Assembly (NCBI GenBank): GCA_043228905.1
Contig: JBHGNT010000001.1
Span: forward strand, 28,272,001-28,336,000
Reading direction: 5' to 3'
DNA from: Azolla caroliniana
Lineage: Eukaryota > Plantae > Polypodiophyta
Length of the DNA stretch: 64,000 bases
Shown here: positions 49,021 through 63,192 of the stretch, in pieces
How positions within the stretch are numbered: the first letter of the stretch is position 1
Layout: every line of letters begins with the position of its first letter
Program-made: the position numbers and the translations under genes
The notes under the pieces: model-generated
The model's input: the letters and a program-made list of their open reading frames with translations, nothing else
Told to the model about the DNA's origin: nothing
Databases searched by the model: none

Positions 49021-50519
49021 GGAATATTAGCACATTAAAACCTAAGTTACTAATTAACAATATAGAAACGTGGGATACTAATTATTCATCAATTTGATTT
49101 GTGAAAATAATCATTAGTAACATTTGACTAGCAAAACTAAAGTGGCCTAAACTTGCATTCTTACAATTCAAACTTTCTAAAGTTATGTAAGTTAATCCGC
49201 TAAGAAGAACAACAACAAATTAAGCAACATCTCTCTATATGGCATTTTGAGAAGTCTATAAAACCATGATAGTAGTACATGAACTATAGTAAACTAAGAG
49301 TGACATTTTGGGAGTAATGGCAAACCAAAGTCCTAGTTTGGTCATTATGATAAACTAAGAGTGACATTTTGCACTTTATATAGTTTTAATATGGCTTTTT
49401 GACTCTGTTCTTAAAAGGGCGAGAGAATGTTTTATTGAGAGGCGCACAATGAAGCATTACCTTTTACAAGTAATTAAAAGAGAGGTGATCCAACCCATGT
49501 TATTTAAACTTTTGTAGCTCATTATCAATGGTGATTTACATTGTGCATAGATGTTAAATATTATGTCACCACTGAGTCAAGTGATGGAAAATAAGTTAAA
49601 CTCAGACATACACTATCAAAACTTAATAACATGGGATTATAGACAATAAATTGGACCCTTGAAAACAACATTAAAATAAGTCATCAAAGCAAATTGATAA
49701 CAATGACCAACTTTTAAATCTCATGATTGATCCGTCTACAAATCAACTGGCTTGACTAGTTTATTTCTTTCGGTGAGGAGTGCTTACAAACTACATCAAA
49801 GTTTCCTTAGTTCTAGTTCTAACCTCATCAAATAGAAATTCTTAATAAAACAAATTTGCAAATGAGAAATCTAGTGCTACCAAGTGGAATTACATAAAAT
49901 CTAGTGCACCAACTTGGATGCCCTCCCTATAGGAGCCCTTTTCATAAAAAATCCCAATATATACATGAGTGCCGCTTGAGAACATGCTCTTAGCTTTCAT
50001 AAATGAGAATATTAATTGGATGATTGTGCATGGTAAATGGCCTTGTGGCTTTGGGTTTTAGAGGGTAAGTCATAGGTTGCGATCCAAGCAATCTCCTTTT
50101 TTGTTTCATGTATTGTCACCAAAACCTCATGATGTTGGTACTTCAAGAAACTATTATACTTATAAGTTATTATATTACAGAATTAGTAGTGCCAATATAA
50201 ACTATAGAAAACCCAATTGTGCGTTTAGTATCAACTTTGTATTGAAGTGTGAAACTTATTCCATGTGAGGACTGATGTAGTTTGAACATGATATTATGTT
50301 GTGTGAAGGCTTCATACTCCAAATCCGGCACCAGTGAATAAACAACTTACATTAATTTTTTTGGGTACTCTTGAATAGAAAACAGTTGTCGAAACCTACC
50401 CGTTTTTTGTGGGTTTCTTGTAATAAAACAAAACCCTGTCAAACTTTATATTGAAGAACAAAAATGCTGAAACCGATTGGTTTTTGGTGGCCTTGAATAA
50501 TTTGTATTACATATTAATC

Positions 50520-52195
50520 CTAAGATGGCTTGTCAACAGGAGGACATGGTAACAAACTCCATCTTGCGGGCGTGGTGTCATGTGTGACAACATTTGGTCA
50601 AGCACACCCCAGAGACACTCATCGAATGTGCTAGACAACCCTTATTTTGGAATCCTCAGGTGCGAACAAGCGATGACATGATGTTAGGGCAGCTTAAGGG
50701 CCTGGCATGGGGAAAGTTGGCGCAGACAGGGCTTCACTCTATAGACGATTGGAGACACATGGTTTCTCCAAGGGGAGCCCAGGAGGACCCGTTCCCTCCC
50801 CTCAAGGGAGCTATGAAGATGTGGAGCCTGATAGCTGAGGCAGTTGATAGGGTTCCGTTGGGGACTATGCGAGAAGATGCATGGTTCAGTCTCTTTGATG
50901 AGGCTGGAATGGTTAAGTTGGTGAAGGGTGTGAGTTGATTGGGAAGAGATACATTTTTTGGGGAGAGGCAAAGTAGGGGCACTTGGCTTCTGGTTCGAAT
51001 GGTGGCGGAGGTTGATAACATTTGGAAGACAGACCCAGATGTTACTAAGGTGGAACCCCATTGGAAGTTATGGGTATATGGTTCTCGTCCCCTCGTTGAA
51101 CTAGAATGGAACCCAGGGGATTTCAGGTGGAAACATGGTGACAAACTCTGCCACTTCTTTGAATATAGCACTAAATTGGGGCGGACTTTACAATTGCAGC
51201 TCGCTGGTCCCATTCGTAATGGATGGCGAACATTGGGCATCCCTGACGGGGTGCTCATTACCTTTTGGAAGGGTCTTTGGCGTCTCCACATGCCTAAAAA
51301 AATCAAGCTCTTTTGGTGGCAGATTGGTCACAATGTGATTCCTGTTGGGGAATGGCTTGGTAAAAGGGGCGGCCCGATAGGATGCCCACTTTGCTCTTCA
51401 CCCATTGAGTCTCTGAGACACTGTCTTTGGGATTGCCCTCAAGCTCAAAAGGTATGGGACAGAGTCACTCGCCTCCTAGCGGCATGTGAAGTGGTTGGAA
51501 CAGCCTCGTGGAGTGCTGCGGCATGGATTGACCTCTCGATTGATAGGTGGACAGACGCCTTTAATGTGGATACTTGGTGCTATGTATGCACGGGAGGCCA
51601 AATCTGCAAGATCCGCTTCAAGAGAGACTTGTTGTCCGCATCCCCTAGGTTCCTGGAAATTTGGAGGTTGATCGCGGGCTTCACCTTATGGTATGTCTGG
51701 AAAGCACGATGCTTAAAGGTTTTCCAAGATCGGGTACAACCCCTAGAGGAAGTGATCATGGATATCTGGTTCGCGCTTATCAGCTGCCTACGAGGGCAAT
51801 TAGATGAGGTTTGCAACCACTCCAATGACGTAGCCACTACTCGGTTGCGCTTTTGGCAGAAATGGCGGAACACGCCTACGGTGACGCTAGGAGAAAGTGG
51901 ACCGAGGTGGAACTACCAGCCCCCACGATGGTTGTTTCCTTCTTTCACGCCTCCCTCCCTTCGATGTAGGCCCCGGGAGTCGGCTCATTCTGGCCGACAC
52001 TAAAGGCTACTGCTTTTAGGTATAGGTATCTACTTACTTTAGGTAGTCGGTTTGAAAAACTATGTAAGTAGTCTCATTTTCTTGATCTTGATCTGAGGGA
52101 GATTCCCCATTTTGTGTATAAGCTTCCTTGTATAGTCTCCTTGTAATAATCCTTCCTAACTAATGGGAAAGTAGCTTTATTTTGGAAAAAAAAAA
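50520..52195 (+). mobile_element. 5'-truncated LINE (L1-type): ORF2 C-terminus with zf-RVT domain, 3' UTR and poly(A)
   Basis: WKGLWRLHMPKKIKLFWW..CPLC..ESLRHCLWDC..VW and LWYVWKAR; in-frame stop at 50936-50938; A10 tail at 52186-52195. Confidence 0.85.
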
Positions 52196-52295
52196 TCATG
52201 TGAAGAAAAACATGAAGTTTCCTTTCTCATGATCTTATCAAAAAAGAAGAAGAAGAAGAAAGCAAGAGCTTTTTACAAAAAAACATGAAGTTTCC

Positions 52296-52770
52296 TTTCT
52301 TTTTCTTTTTCTTTTTTCCAAAAAACCACTACTTCACATTAGTTAGCAAACAAAGTACATCATAGACCAACAAATTTCAGCAACCCTCACATTGGCCTTC
52401 TAAGTTCTCACCAAAGTTGTCATACACCCCACCTCATTTTCAACAAAAGTATCCCAACAACTCCTATAACCTAGTAATTAACTTGTACCATATCTATACA
52501 TATTTACAACACCCGGTCACTAATGGAAGCCATTGGCTGAAACAACCATCGAGCTGCTTGGTAGTTCCATTTAGGCCCTGATGATGATCTCCCCACCATA
52601 GGAGAACTACCCCATTTTAGCAGGAACTTTGACCGAGCTCTTTTAGTTGCATCAGATTCCCCCTGAATCGAGTTGTACCGTCCCCACAACCAAGATACCA
52701 TCTCGAACCAGATATTTAACAACACCTCACCGCTAGGGAGCTTTTGCTGTTGAAAAACAAGTTTCGGTTT
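52296..52770 (-). mobile_element. Short 3' fragment of a related LINE in the opposite orientation
   Basis: EVLLNIWF..FLLKW..GPKWNYQAARWLF aligns with EVIMDIWF..FWQKW..GPRWNYQPPRWLF of the preceding LINE; T-rich tail at 52296-52317. Confidence 0.75.
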
Positions 52771-53992
52771 ACTCAGCACAAGTTTCACGAACGATACAAT
52801 TGTCTTTAATTATCGACATGTCATAACTTATCCACACCTAAATATCAAAATGCTAATAAGAATGAATGAACCAATTAAGAACATAAAAAATATAAAAAAA
52901 TTATAACATAAAATATAAATGGATTATCGCTTGGATGAACTACAATTGAGAGGGATTATCTTCACATATCGGTTGGTTCTCTTCGTCAATTGAGTTTGAG
53001 TTTGATGTACTACAATTTTAATGAACCCAAAGTTCAAACAGTCTAGAAATGGGTTTGATGCACCACAAAGCAATAAAGCTTTAATGTTGTATAAATACTT
53101 TTGCGACAAGTCTAAAATTGTTCAAAAAATAATGACCGTGCATGAAGGCATTCACCAAATCCTTGACTTGTTATAGAGTGTGCACGTTTATAGATATAAT
53201 ATATGCATGTTTGTGTGTGGCTTGTAGATATTTTGCATGTGTTACATGGGTATATGCATGGTTGGGTAGAATAAAAACTAGACATGGGTAAACGTGGAGA
53301 GAATAAAGTGGAGATATGCTCCACCAAGGTGGCTTTTTTCGGCCCCCATTATACAAGGATCCCGATTTTAGATGTGTAAATGCAATTTCTAAGGTAGTTG
53401 TGTGAGGCCTTTTGCTATTCGACATGTTGGTTGATGTGGGTATGGTGGTGTTTTCATGTATGAGTTCTTTGTAGCATTTGGGCATCTTTCTATTAATACC
53501 AATGTGAATCTTCAAAAAGAAAAATAAATAGACATGGATTATGAATTGGTTGTTACCCACTCAACGCTGACAATGCTATTGCCATAACCAAAGTTAAGTT
53601 TGGTATGATCAATTTTCTACTGCCTAATAATATTGTCATCCATGTTTCACTATTGCAAACAATTCTTGATAGCTAGAGCAACACACTACCACATCAATTG
53701 GTGGTAGCTAGCATGCCACATAAGCATCCTTAAACACACACGGTGTTAACATGTGTACATGTTCACACTTTTGTTTATTGTCACTTCTCTATTGGCAGTT
53801 TATAGGAAGTTATGAATTCAGTTGAAATCCATTTTGGGGGTTGCCCATAAATGCATGCGTAAAGCGGACCTTTAAAATCCATTTTCTACATAATGTTCAC
53901 ATATGTATAGGGAGACAATTTGTGTTCAACTTATGAAAACATTGCAGATAGAGGAGGTTGTTAAATATGACTTGATTGTACAAGATATAGAT

Positions 53993-53993
<1 letters not shown>

Positions 53994-54060
<67 letters not shown>
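53994..54060. repeat. Compound (CT)n(AT)n microsatellite
   Basis: Directly visible. Other long (CT/AG)n tracts lie near 10364-10422, 26760-26798, 41973-42030 and 59317-59376. Confidence 0.95.
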
Positions 54061-54062
<2 letters not shown>

Positions 54063-57000
54063 TAGATAGTAAAACCCTAGAGCATACTTTGTTTAATATA
54101 TATTAAAGATTGTGTGGTCACATGACAAGGTTAATGGTTGTAGCCTGCAGGCACGTGGATGGTAGAAAATTGCTTGCTTTAAATGAGAGAATTAGACATG
54201 AAGAAACAAATATGTATCTGCTTACCAATGTTCTCAAGATGATGAAAAGCTTGGAAGAATAGAAAAGAACTATGTTTTCAATATTATGAAACCGTTCACT
54301 TTAAAAAGGAGTAGTTTTTCGCATTTTTGCTCGATGGAAAGAGTCTCCTTTCCTTGATGTTTCCAGATATTGCTTAATGTCATTAGATTTTTCATTAAGT
54401 CGTAATATACAATCATACATTGCCACATACAATAGAAAGTGAGAGGCTTGCCAATTACCTATCCCCCATTTGTGCATCACATGTTGAGCCTCATAATGTT
54501 ATCACAAATATCAATACTTTGTCGTGTGAAAAACGGTTCAATTTCCTCAAATGGAAAATATCAACATAAATGTTTACATGTGAGGTACAATGTCACATAA
54601 GTACATGTTCATACTATTTAAATAGTAACAATTCATAAAACTTAACAAGTATAGGATTAAGTGAAAGCTATCAATAGTTTTGAGAAAGACACTTACAAGG
54701 AAACTACATGTATAAGTTTAAATCTCTTAGTCTCGGTCTCAGTCGACATCTGGATTTGTTGAGCTCTCAATTTTCAGTCTTTAGGTATTTAATCTTAATG
54801 CCGAAAGACAATTATAAATGTTACTGAGATTGCCAAAAAAGAGTTTTCATAAATAAACAAAAAGCTTTTGAGATCCTTGCATTCTCGCCAAACTATTCGC
54901 GTGAGAAACAAGACAACTTACATGTTTGTCAATTTTTTGTTGACATTATGAAAACATAAACTTCCAATCCACCCATTAAAGTGAAATACAAATTACCAAT
55001 AAGTGGATTTCAAAGTCTTACAAACTAACATAACTTAGATGAATATTCAGGAGATAGTTGGAATATTTTGTGATTAATCCTCGTTAATTTGTGATTGAAA
55101 ACTCTCACTTGTGCTATATTAGTGAAAAATCTAGACAAAGTTACAAATCATTCAAACATGCACTTTGAACATCAAACCCACACACACAAACTTTTTATTT
55201 ATTTTATTTACCCACACACAAACAATTCTTTCATTATAACAAAACCAATAGGGAAACTCCCTTACAAACATGGTATGGCTCGTTACAACCACATCTACAT
55301 GTGATATACCTTGTTTGTATGCATTCTCTTACACAAAGTGAGCAACATGTCATCATGCTTTGAATTTACTTTCAATCGCTAGCTTAGCTCATCCATTAGC
55401 TCATCTTGCAACCAATGCTAGAAGTCTAGGGATTTTCATGTGTTGTGAAGAGCCCAATTTCCCTCACATCTCCCTAAAATCTCAATGTTATGAACTTGAA
55501 TGACCAAGACTTCACGTCCAACTATGCATGGTGGGGCCAAATTGAGGTCATTTCGAGACTATTCTACTTCCTTTCATTCCCTATAATCTTTGGCATTATG
55601 AGCCTCTACATGGAAGGGTCCACACTCTTGTCTGATTGTGTTGGGGCAAAGGCGATGTTGGGAACTCAGAACCCATTTTCCTTCATGTTTCTCTATATTG
55701 ATTATAAATATAAACTTCGACAACATGTGACATTTCACAGGGTGGTTGTGGAGCAAGGGACACAAGACTTTCCTTCACGTATTTCTACAACCTTGAAGTA
55801 TTTGACACAGTACGTGATTGGGAGTATGGAGCTACCAAGAAAGAGCTCGCTTTCCCTCATGTTTCTCTACAATGTTCAAAACGATGCGGGTTTTGTCGGC
55901 TAGATTTGGCAGACATGTATAGCTAGGTTCCTTTGAACAACCAACTTCCCCTCATGTTTCCTTTTGAAAGTTTGTCTCAATATGAGCTTGTATTATATGG
56001 GGAAAGTTATGGATACGTAACACGTTTAGTCGGGGTGGGCATATTGGTGGTTACTAACGATACTTGGGGTTCCAATGCAATGGTCAGTATACTTGTGGTA
56101 ATGTAGGCGAGGCTATGAGTACCAGGGTTGGTGTGGTGGATGCCCGAGAAACCCTAGAAATAGCTATACAATATATACCTTACATCCTCTTATGATTGTG
56201 GCATTGAAGTCAAGAAAGAAGAGAGACAGGGATATGTATGTATATATATGACTGAAATGAGCTTATTATTAAAGAAGTAGAAGAAATGGGACACACCCAC
56301 ACCCACACACTCACTCATACACACAATTACCTTTCTCTTACTCTCTTCTGTTTTAACTGTGCAAGTATTTACAGTAGACTTGCAATGGATCCATATAAAA
56401 AGCAAAGAGACAGCCCCATGACAGAGTACCATTCCTCTTCTTCTTCTTCTTCCTCCTCCTCTTCTTCTCGTGCAGAGAAACCCGTCTTCTTTAGGAAGTG
56501 GGCAGTCTCTTCATGCCTCTGTTTCAAGTATCAAAATAAATCAAACGAATCAAAGTAAATACAAGGAGAAGGTTTTTTTTTTCTTCTCTCTCTCACCCTC
56601 AAGTAATTTTTCTAGTCTTCCAATTTGCACATCTTCTTTTTAAATCAATCGGATTATCATTTTATCAATTTTATTGGTTTTTCTTTAATTAATTGGGTTT
56701 TATGCATGTTTCGTTTTTTATCAATTGAACCATTGCTGAGTCATTCATCTAATGTTCTAATTTAAAATCTAATATCCTAATTGAGTCATTTTCTATTGTT
56801 ATGATTTTGCTTAACCAATTGGGTTTCTCTACGTGTTAATTTTTCAACCAATTAGGTTTGATGACCCAATTGAATGTTCCAATGGCCTAATGTAATCATT
56901 CAGGTTATTGTATTGTTTAATCAATTGGGCTATTATCTCATTATGTGTCGATTGTCCTATCTAGTCATGCCTCGGGCTATTATTTACTTTTGTTCATGGA

Positions 57001-57502
57001 TTTTTTACAATTTTTTTAATCAATTGGGTTATGACATTTTTTTTTAATCAATTGGGTTAGTGCTCTAATTTAATTTTTCACGCTTTCACGCCAAATTTTA
57101 TTTCAAATTTATCTCCATATTTTGTATTTACTAATTTTGTTTTTGTATATATATATATTATTGACATTCCAGAGTGTTTTTTCTCCTTCTAATGATCAAA
57201 TTGAAATTAAGTCTGCATTTCTACTTGCAAATAGAACCCAATTGTTTGAGTATTCTACTTTTCAACAATTTATCTGGTTTGTAGTGCTGCGAACAAATTC
57301 ATTGACCTTTTAATACTAAAAATATTTTTATTCTTGTATATTCATGCTTAATTGCATCATGTCATATCATTTTAGAAAAAAGGGTGCATTGACACAACAA
57401 TTTTCTGAAGGAAAGAAAATAGTGTATTAAGTATGTGGACACTGATATCATTAGTGATGGAATTTGTCAGGAAATTTGTTTTGCTGATTCTGGGTGATTC
57501 GA

Positions 57503-59314
57503 ATGGGGTGCTTCAAATCAAAGCCAATCAACCAAACACCTCCCGGATATGAGGACCCAGAAGATCTTGCAGCCAAGACTTCATGTATGTAAATCATTTT
57601 CATAAGTTTTATCCCCAAAATCATATATACATAGATATAGATATTTATGGACATACAAACACATGTATATGTGGAAAATTTTGAGCTGCAAATAACATAT
57701 AATAATTTATTAATCTTGATCTTAGTATGATGTAAATGAATACATTTTCTTTGTTTTATTCTCTCTCTCTCTCTCTCTCTCTGTTTATCATGGGTCTTTT
57801 CAATATTTTTGCTTTATGATTGAGATTATTGTTTCATGTGTTGTAATGGTTCTCTTGGGGCAAGCTTGATATATATAGACTTATATGCTCTTTGCAGTCA
57901 GTGTGAATGAAGTCAAAGCTTTATACGAACTCTTCAAGAAGATTAGCAGTTCTGTCATAGATGATGGCTTGATACAAAAAGTAGGATCAAAATCTCTTTG
58001 TTTGTTTGGACATAAACCCATGTTGTGTTTGTATATATCAAATCCATAGATTCTACATATCATTTTGACCGTTTTGCATTTGGTTGATTGATTGATCAGG
58101 AGGAGTTTCAGTTGGCATTGTTCAAAAACAGCAAAACAGAAAATCTCTTCTTAAACAGGGTAATCTCCTATCTATAATTTTATATTATTGTCTTTTATGA
58201 CCTATCTTTTATTTTTTCTATAGCTCTTTGATGGCCACGCTTAATGTTTGAGTTTGTTCCTTATTTCAAAGATAGTGAGCAAGCATATATTTTTCCCATA
58301 GTGTTTGTTATAATTACACCAAATCTTTGACACTCCTTCTGATTGAACTTTGTAGGTCTTCACTTTGTTTGATGTTAAGAATAATGGAGTTATAGAATTT
58401 GGTGAATTTGTAAGGTCATTAAGTGTATTCCATCCCAGTACACCAGCCAATGAGAAAATTGACTGTAAGAATTCATTTTTTAAATGAAAATTTCTTTTTT
58501 GTTTGACTTTACTTAAATTATATTGGTCTTTCTTGCAGTTTCCTTTAAGCTTTATGACTTGAGAAACACTGGATTCATTGAAAGAGAAGAGGTGAACTCA
58601 TGATATCCTCGTAATTATTTATTTATTTATGTATGTATTTATGTACTTACACGTAGGTATGAATGCCAAATATTCTTTTGAGTAGGCATAATAATTCTCA
58701 ATGATGCATGCATACATGTATGTTTGTGTATGTACGTGTGCCCAGTTGGGTTTCAGTAGGCATTAGAAATCTCAATGAAGAATTATGCATTTCTTGGAAA
58801 GTTTGGAACGTCAAATATTTTGCTTATCCTGGATCCAAACTTTACACAGGTGCTCTCTTATGATTTGTTTTCTTGTAAGGTCACCTTAGAGTGAAAGAGA
58901 GTTATGTGGATTCTGAGGTAGAACTAAAACGTTTATATGCACTAATAGTGCGCTATTCAATCTCATTTGCATTATGTAAAGTTCTGATGAGATAAATAGC
59001 CACAATTTGTTGATGGATGCAGACTGTTGTAAGGAACCAATCTAAGGTTTTGGTCATATACTTGTGGTCGGCTCTTTTTGGAGTGTTTACAATATGGCTT
59101 TTAGAGATGATTGTCCACAAACAAATAATACGGACATTGTATGTACCACATTTTGTATTGCAATATGTCTATATTATGATGAATACTTTTATCAATATGT
59201 CCATTTTGTATCATAATCGAATTTGATACTGTGATCTTACTGATAGGTCTAACAAGAAACACTTCATATTCAAAAGCACTTAATATTCTAACTTAGAAGC
59301 TAGACTTCACTCTT

Positions 59315-59377
<63 letters not shown>

Positions 59378-61057
59378 ATGAAAGAAACTTACTGTTTATG
59401 CTCATGGATTTTATCATTACTAGGTATGGATGATGGTATGTGAGAAGTTAGCATTCATCTATATATTGAGGCTCCATTTATGTGACATGAGTATGAGAAA
59501 CATTTGGTGGCATTTGGGTATTTTATTGAGAAACGTGAATCTAGAGATAATATGATAACACATCTAATCTGTTGCCCATTTTGTGAAAGATTCAATATTG
59601 TTCCTGTCTTGTGATTTGACCTTGGTTATGATTTCCTATTTCAAGAAATCCTCCATTGAAAGTGTGGTAATCTCAATTCCAGGTAAGGACGATGCTTGAT
59701 GCTTTGTTGGCAGAGTCAGGAATGAAACTATCTGATGAAGTGGTTGAAGTCATCCTGGATAAGGTATTTATACCTCCGTGATAATCAAAATCTATAAGCA
59801 AATTTGTCGAGAATTGAAAATTAAATTATAGAAAGAAAGATATATTAAATGTCTATGAAGAGTCCCAAATGGCATATGAAAAAACAAACAAGGTATTACA
59901 TCTTACAATATTTTCTTATCTTTTAGAGCAAACTACCAAAAATAGTAAAAATGTGTTAAGGTTCCAGATATTCTTGTTACCTAAGCACTTCACATTATGG
60001 GCTCAGATGAACTGAAACTTCTGCCTTTGAAAGATCTTCAACATGAGCCAATCCAAGATGGAGAGGTCTCAGAAGCAAGAGAAATGCCTTCAGCATTGTG
60101 CTTTATTTGTAGGTAACAATGGTGGCAGGGTCGTAGTCCAGATGGAATAGGACTATGTGACAACATTTCTAGTACCTGATCACCTGCTAACCCTGTTCTA
60201 ATGTTGCGGTAGAGACCTTATAATGTGTGTGGCCCTTGATCGACTCATAGCTTGAGGACTGATGGAGCGAAAGAAAGTTGTGATGGTTCTAATTTGTTGA
60301 TGAGGTTTTGTGGTTCTATAATTTTGTGATTTCTAGCAAGAGAAATCCCAAGCATTGTTGGGCTTCCTATTTCATTACCTTCATAGAGAAAGTATTTATG
60401 CTTCCTTGTAAATAAAATTTTTATAAGAAACTCATTGGGATTTAAAATTTTGTTTTCTACAGTAAATTGTAGACAAAGTCCTTATGAAATGAAGGCTATA
60501 GAAACTTGTTTGGGAAATAAATTTGTGTTGCACAGACCAAGGATTATCAAGCAAAGATAATTTTATTGAAATGAAGTGATTTTGACTTGATGTTGCAGAC
60601 GTTTGCTGAAGCTGATATGAATAGGGATGGGAAAATTGACATAGAGGAATGGAGGAGTTTTGTTTACCGCAATCCGTCTCTTATGAAAATAATGACCCTG
60701 CCTTACCTCAAGTAAAGTCACTTCCAACCAAATAAACTACTTTCTATGGTTTTTTACCCTTACACCAGATTTACTATTTTCCAAGTTTTTTCCCCCTTAC
60801 AACTGAATTGACTTCTTTGAATGTTCTCCCTTAACTGAATTAACAACCATTTATGTTTTTTTTTTATCGTCAACATATTAACTTCTTTCAATGGTGTAAC
60901 CTTTCAACTGAATTAGGTGATGGCTACATTGAGATCTGAACAAAACTAAACTAAATTCTATGCTATTTCTATTGTTTGATCTTCCAGGAATATGACAACA
61001 ACATTCCCAAGCTTTGGTTTCAATTCTGGAGTCGAGGATATGACTACATCCAAATGA
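57503..61057 (+). CDS. CBL: Calcineurin B-like Ca2+ sensor (CBL) with N-terminal MGCxxS lipidation motif; 8 exons, 216 aa
   Basis: Exons 57503-57584, 57898-57980, 58100-58159, 58356-58464, 58539-58591, 59683-59763, 60599-60711, 60988-61057, all GT-AG; internal exon sizes 83/60/109/53/81/113 are typical of CBLs. [66 protein letters not shown]. Confidence 0.95.
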
Positions 61058-61580
61058 TATGACACGAATTGTTTATCAACTTCTTGAACAGAATGTGGAG
61101 CTGAAGAGTTTTTTTGAACAAGTTCCCGTCTTTCAAACTTACAGTAGTTTATGGTTATCTGTACCGTTTCACTACCTTGTATTGAATCTGAACTCAAAGA
61201 TAGTTGAACTAGGTTATTTACATATAATTTGTAAATCACGGAGGTTTGTAAACAAGTATCATTGCAATATAAACCACAGAGAATGTATACATTGATATGT
61301 TTTAGATGAGTTAATTAATATGGCATTTGAGTATTTCCTTCTAGCAATGTTATTTTTATGCTTGCCATCTGTCCTCTTCTATATATGAGGCATGCGTTGT
61401 TTGGCACACCATGTTTTGTGGTTTATGAGTCTTGTGTCATGGCATATCAAATATCCTAATTGAATAAAATATATCTGCTTTAGATACTTCCCTCTGTATT
61501 GAGGAGGATTTGGAACTCTTCGGAAAGTGGAATGCACTGATCTAATCTGCGCCGTGCTCTTTCTTCTAGAGATAGAAGAT

Positions 61581-62005
61581 AGAGAGAGCCTTTCAAGAGA
61601 GGTAAACTCCAACCGATACACGAATGCAGAGAACTTGACATGTTTCTTCCATATGAATACACCATGAGAACCGATAGTTTGCATGGTGTACAAGGAAACA
61701 CCCATGCCAAAGGGGATTCATGTCTGAGTCACAGTAACTAGAACCCCTTTCTCTTTGTCATAGATGTTGACATCAACCGACCACAACTAGAGAGAGCCTC
61801 TCAAGAGAGAGGTAAACTCCAACCAATACACAAATGCAGAGAACTTGACATATTTCTTCCGTATGAACACTACTAGGGATAGTTTTCATGGTGCACAAGC
61901 AAACACCCATGCCAAAGTGGATTCATGACTCAAAGGGGTCATAGTAATTAGAACCACCTAGAACCCCTTTCTACTTGTCGTAGATGTTGACACCAACCAG
62001 CCATA
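61581..62005. repeat. Diverged tandem duplication, 2 x ~210 bp
   Basis: agagagagcct.tcaagaga..ggtaaactccaacc...agatgttgaca.caacc at about 61581 and 61789. Confidence 0.8.
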
Positions 62006-63192
62006 AATCTTACGTGCATATCTTCACAAGGTCAAAACCACCATTACAGGGCACCAAAGATGCTTGCTTTGTCCCACCCCACCTTCCATATATTGATCAC
62101 CGATGATGGATATTTCAATGAACAGAAGGTTATTCTTGAGACATTCAAGCGATCCATCTAGTTTTAGGAAGTTGGCACATTCATGATACCCTGCATTCAT
62201 AAGAGGAAAAAATGATAAACAAATGTCCGCTCTTATTCTTTCAATGAGTTGAGATAAAAGCATTACACTACGAACCAAGTGTTCATTACAAAATAATCTA
62301 GCATGGTAAAATTTTAATAACCTCACAAAGTGTAAACCTGTCAACGAAGTTGATCCACTGTTAGCGATTATGAATGTTTCACTAATTGTGGTGCCATAGT
62401 TGTAACAAAGGATAGGAAAGCAAACTTTGTAGGAAACCATTTAGCGATGTTATAATATATTTGACATATAGTCTGGCCAATAAACAAGCCAGAATCTATC
62501 ACCACAACCTTCTTAATAGCAATAAAATTGACAAAACAGAACGGCATGTATTGAATACTTATAGCCCAAAGGAGAGACTTTAGTCAAGGTTATTTTTGTA
62601 AGTACAGGGATTACTAGTGTAATCTTTCATACCATAAGTTCTAAAAAAATTGCAAATTTGTCTACCATATACCACCAAGATGAATCCTCACTCCCCAAGG
62701 TTAATGGTGTTCCGAAACACTCTTTGCACCGCATTGACATTGTATGGTGTGCACATTGCGTTGCCAACAGCCTAAAGTTAATCAAACCCATTGATGTTCA
62801 AATAGAGATCCATACAAGTAAAATGGAATGCAAGAACCGAGGGTTAAACCATAGATATTAGATAATCCTCCTAACGAATGTCGCTGAGGTTAGATTAAAA
62901 TCCAAAATGGCTTCTTTGTCCTTCAGCGTCACCAGAGGACAAAAATCAATTGCCATTTCAATTGGCTTCTTGAGCAAAAGTCTTAAATATTCCTGTTGTA
63001 ATACATATATATTTGTACAAGGAATAGAATAGAAACTTTTGGAATACTAAGATATCATTTCTTGTTAGAAATGCAAGCTGCAAATGCAACAAGTAGGAGT
63101 GAAAGGGTGTTGATTTAGCACAAATGATGGATTGTTCTTACAATTGATGGAATCACCAAGTCCTAAGTCTTGATGTGCCATGGAAATCTTTC

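Noticed and set aside
55490-55903. 137-aa ORF upstream of CBL (likewise 39160-39696 and 62024-62440)
   Set aside because: No motifs or supporting splice structure; consistent with chance ORFs.
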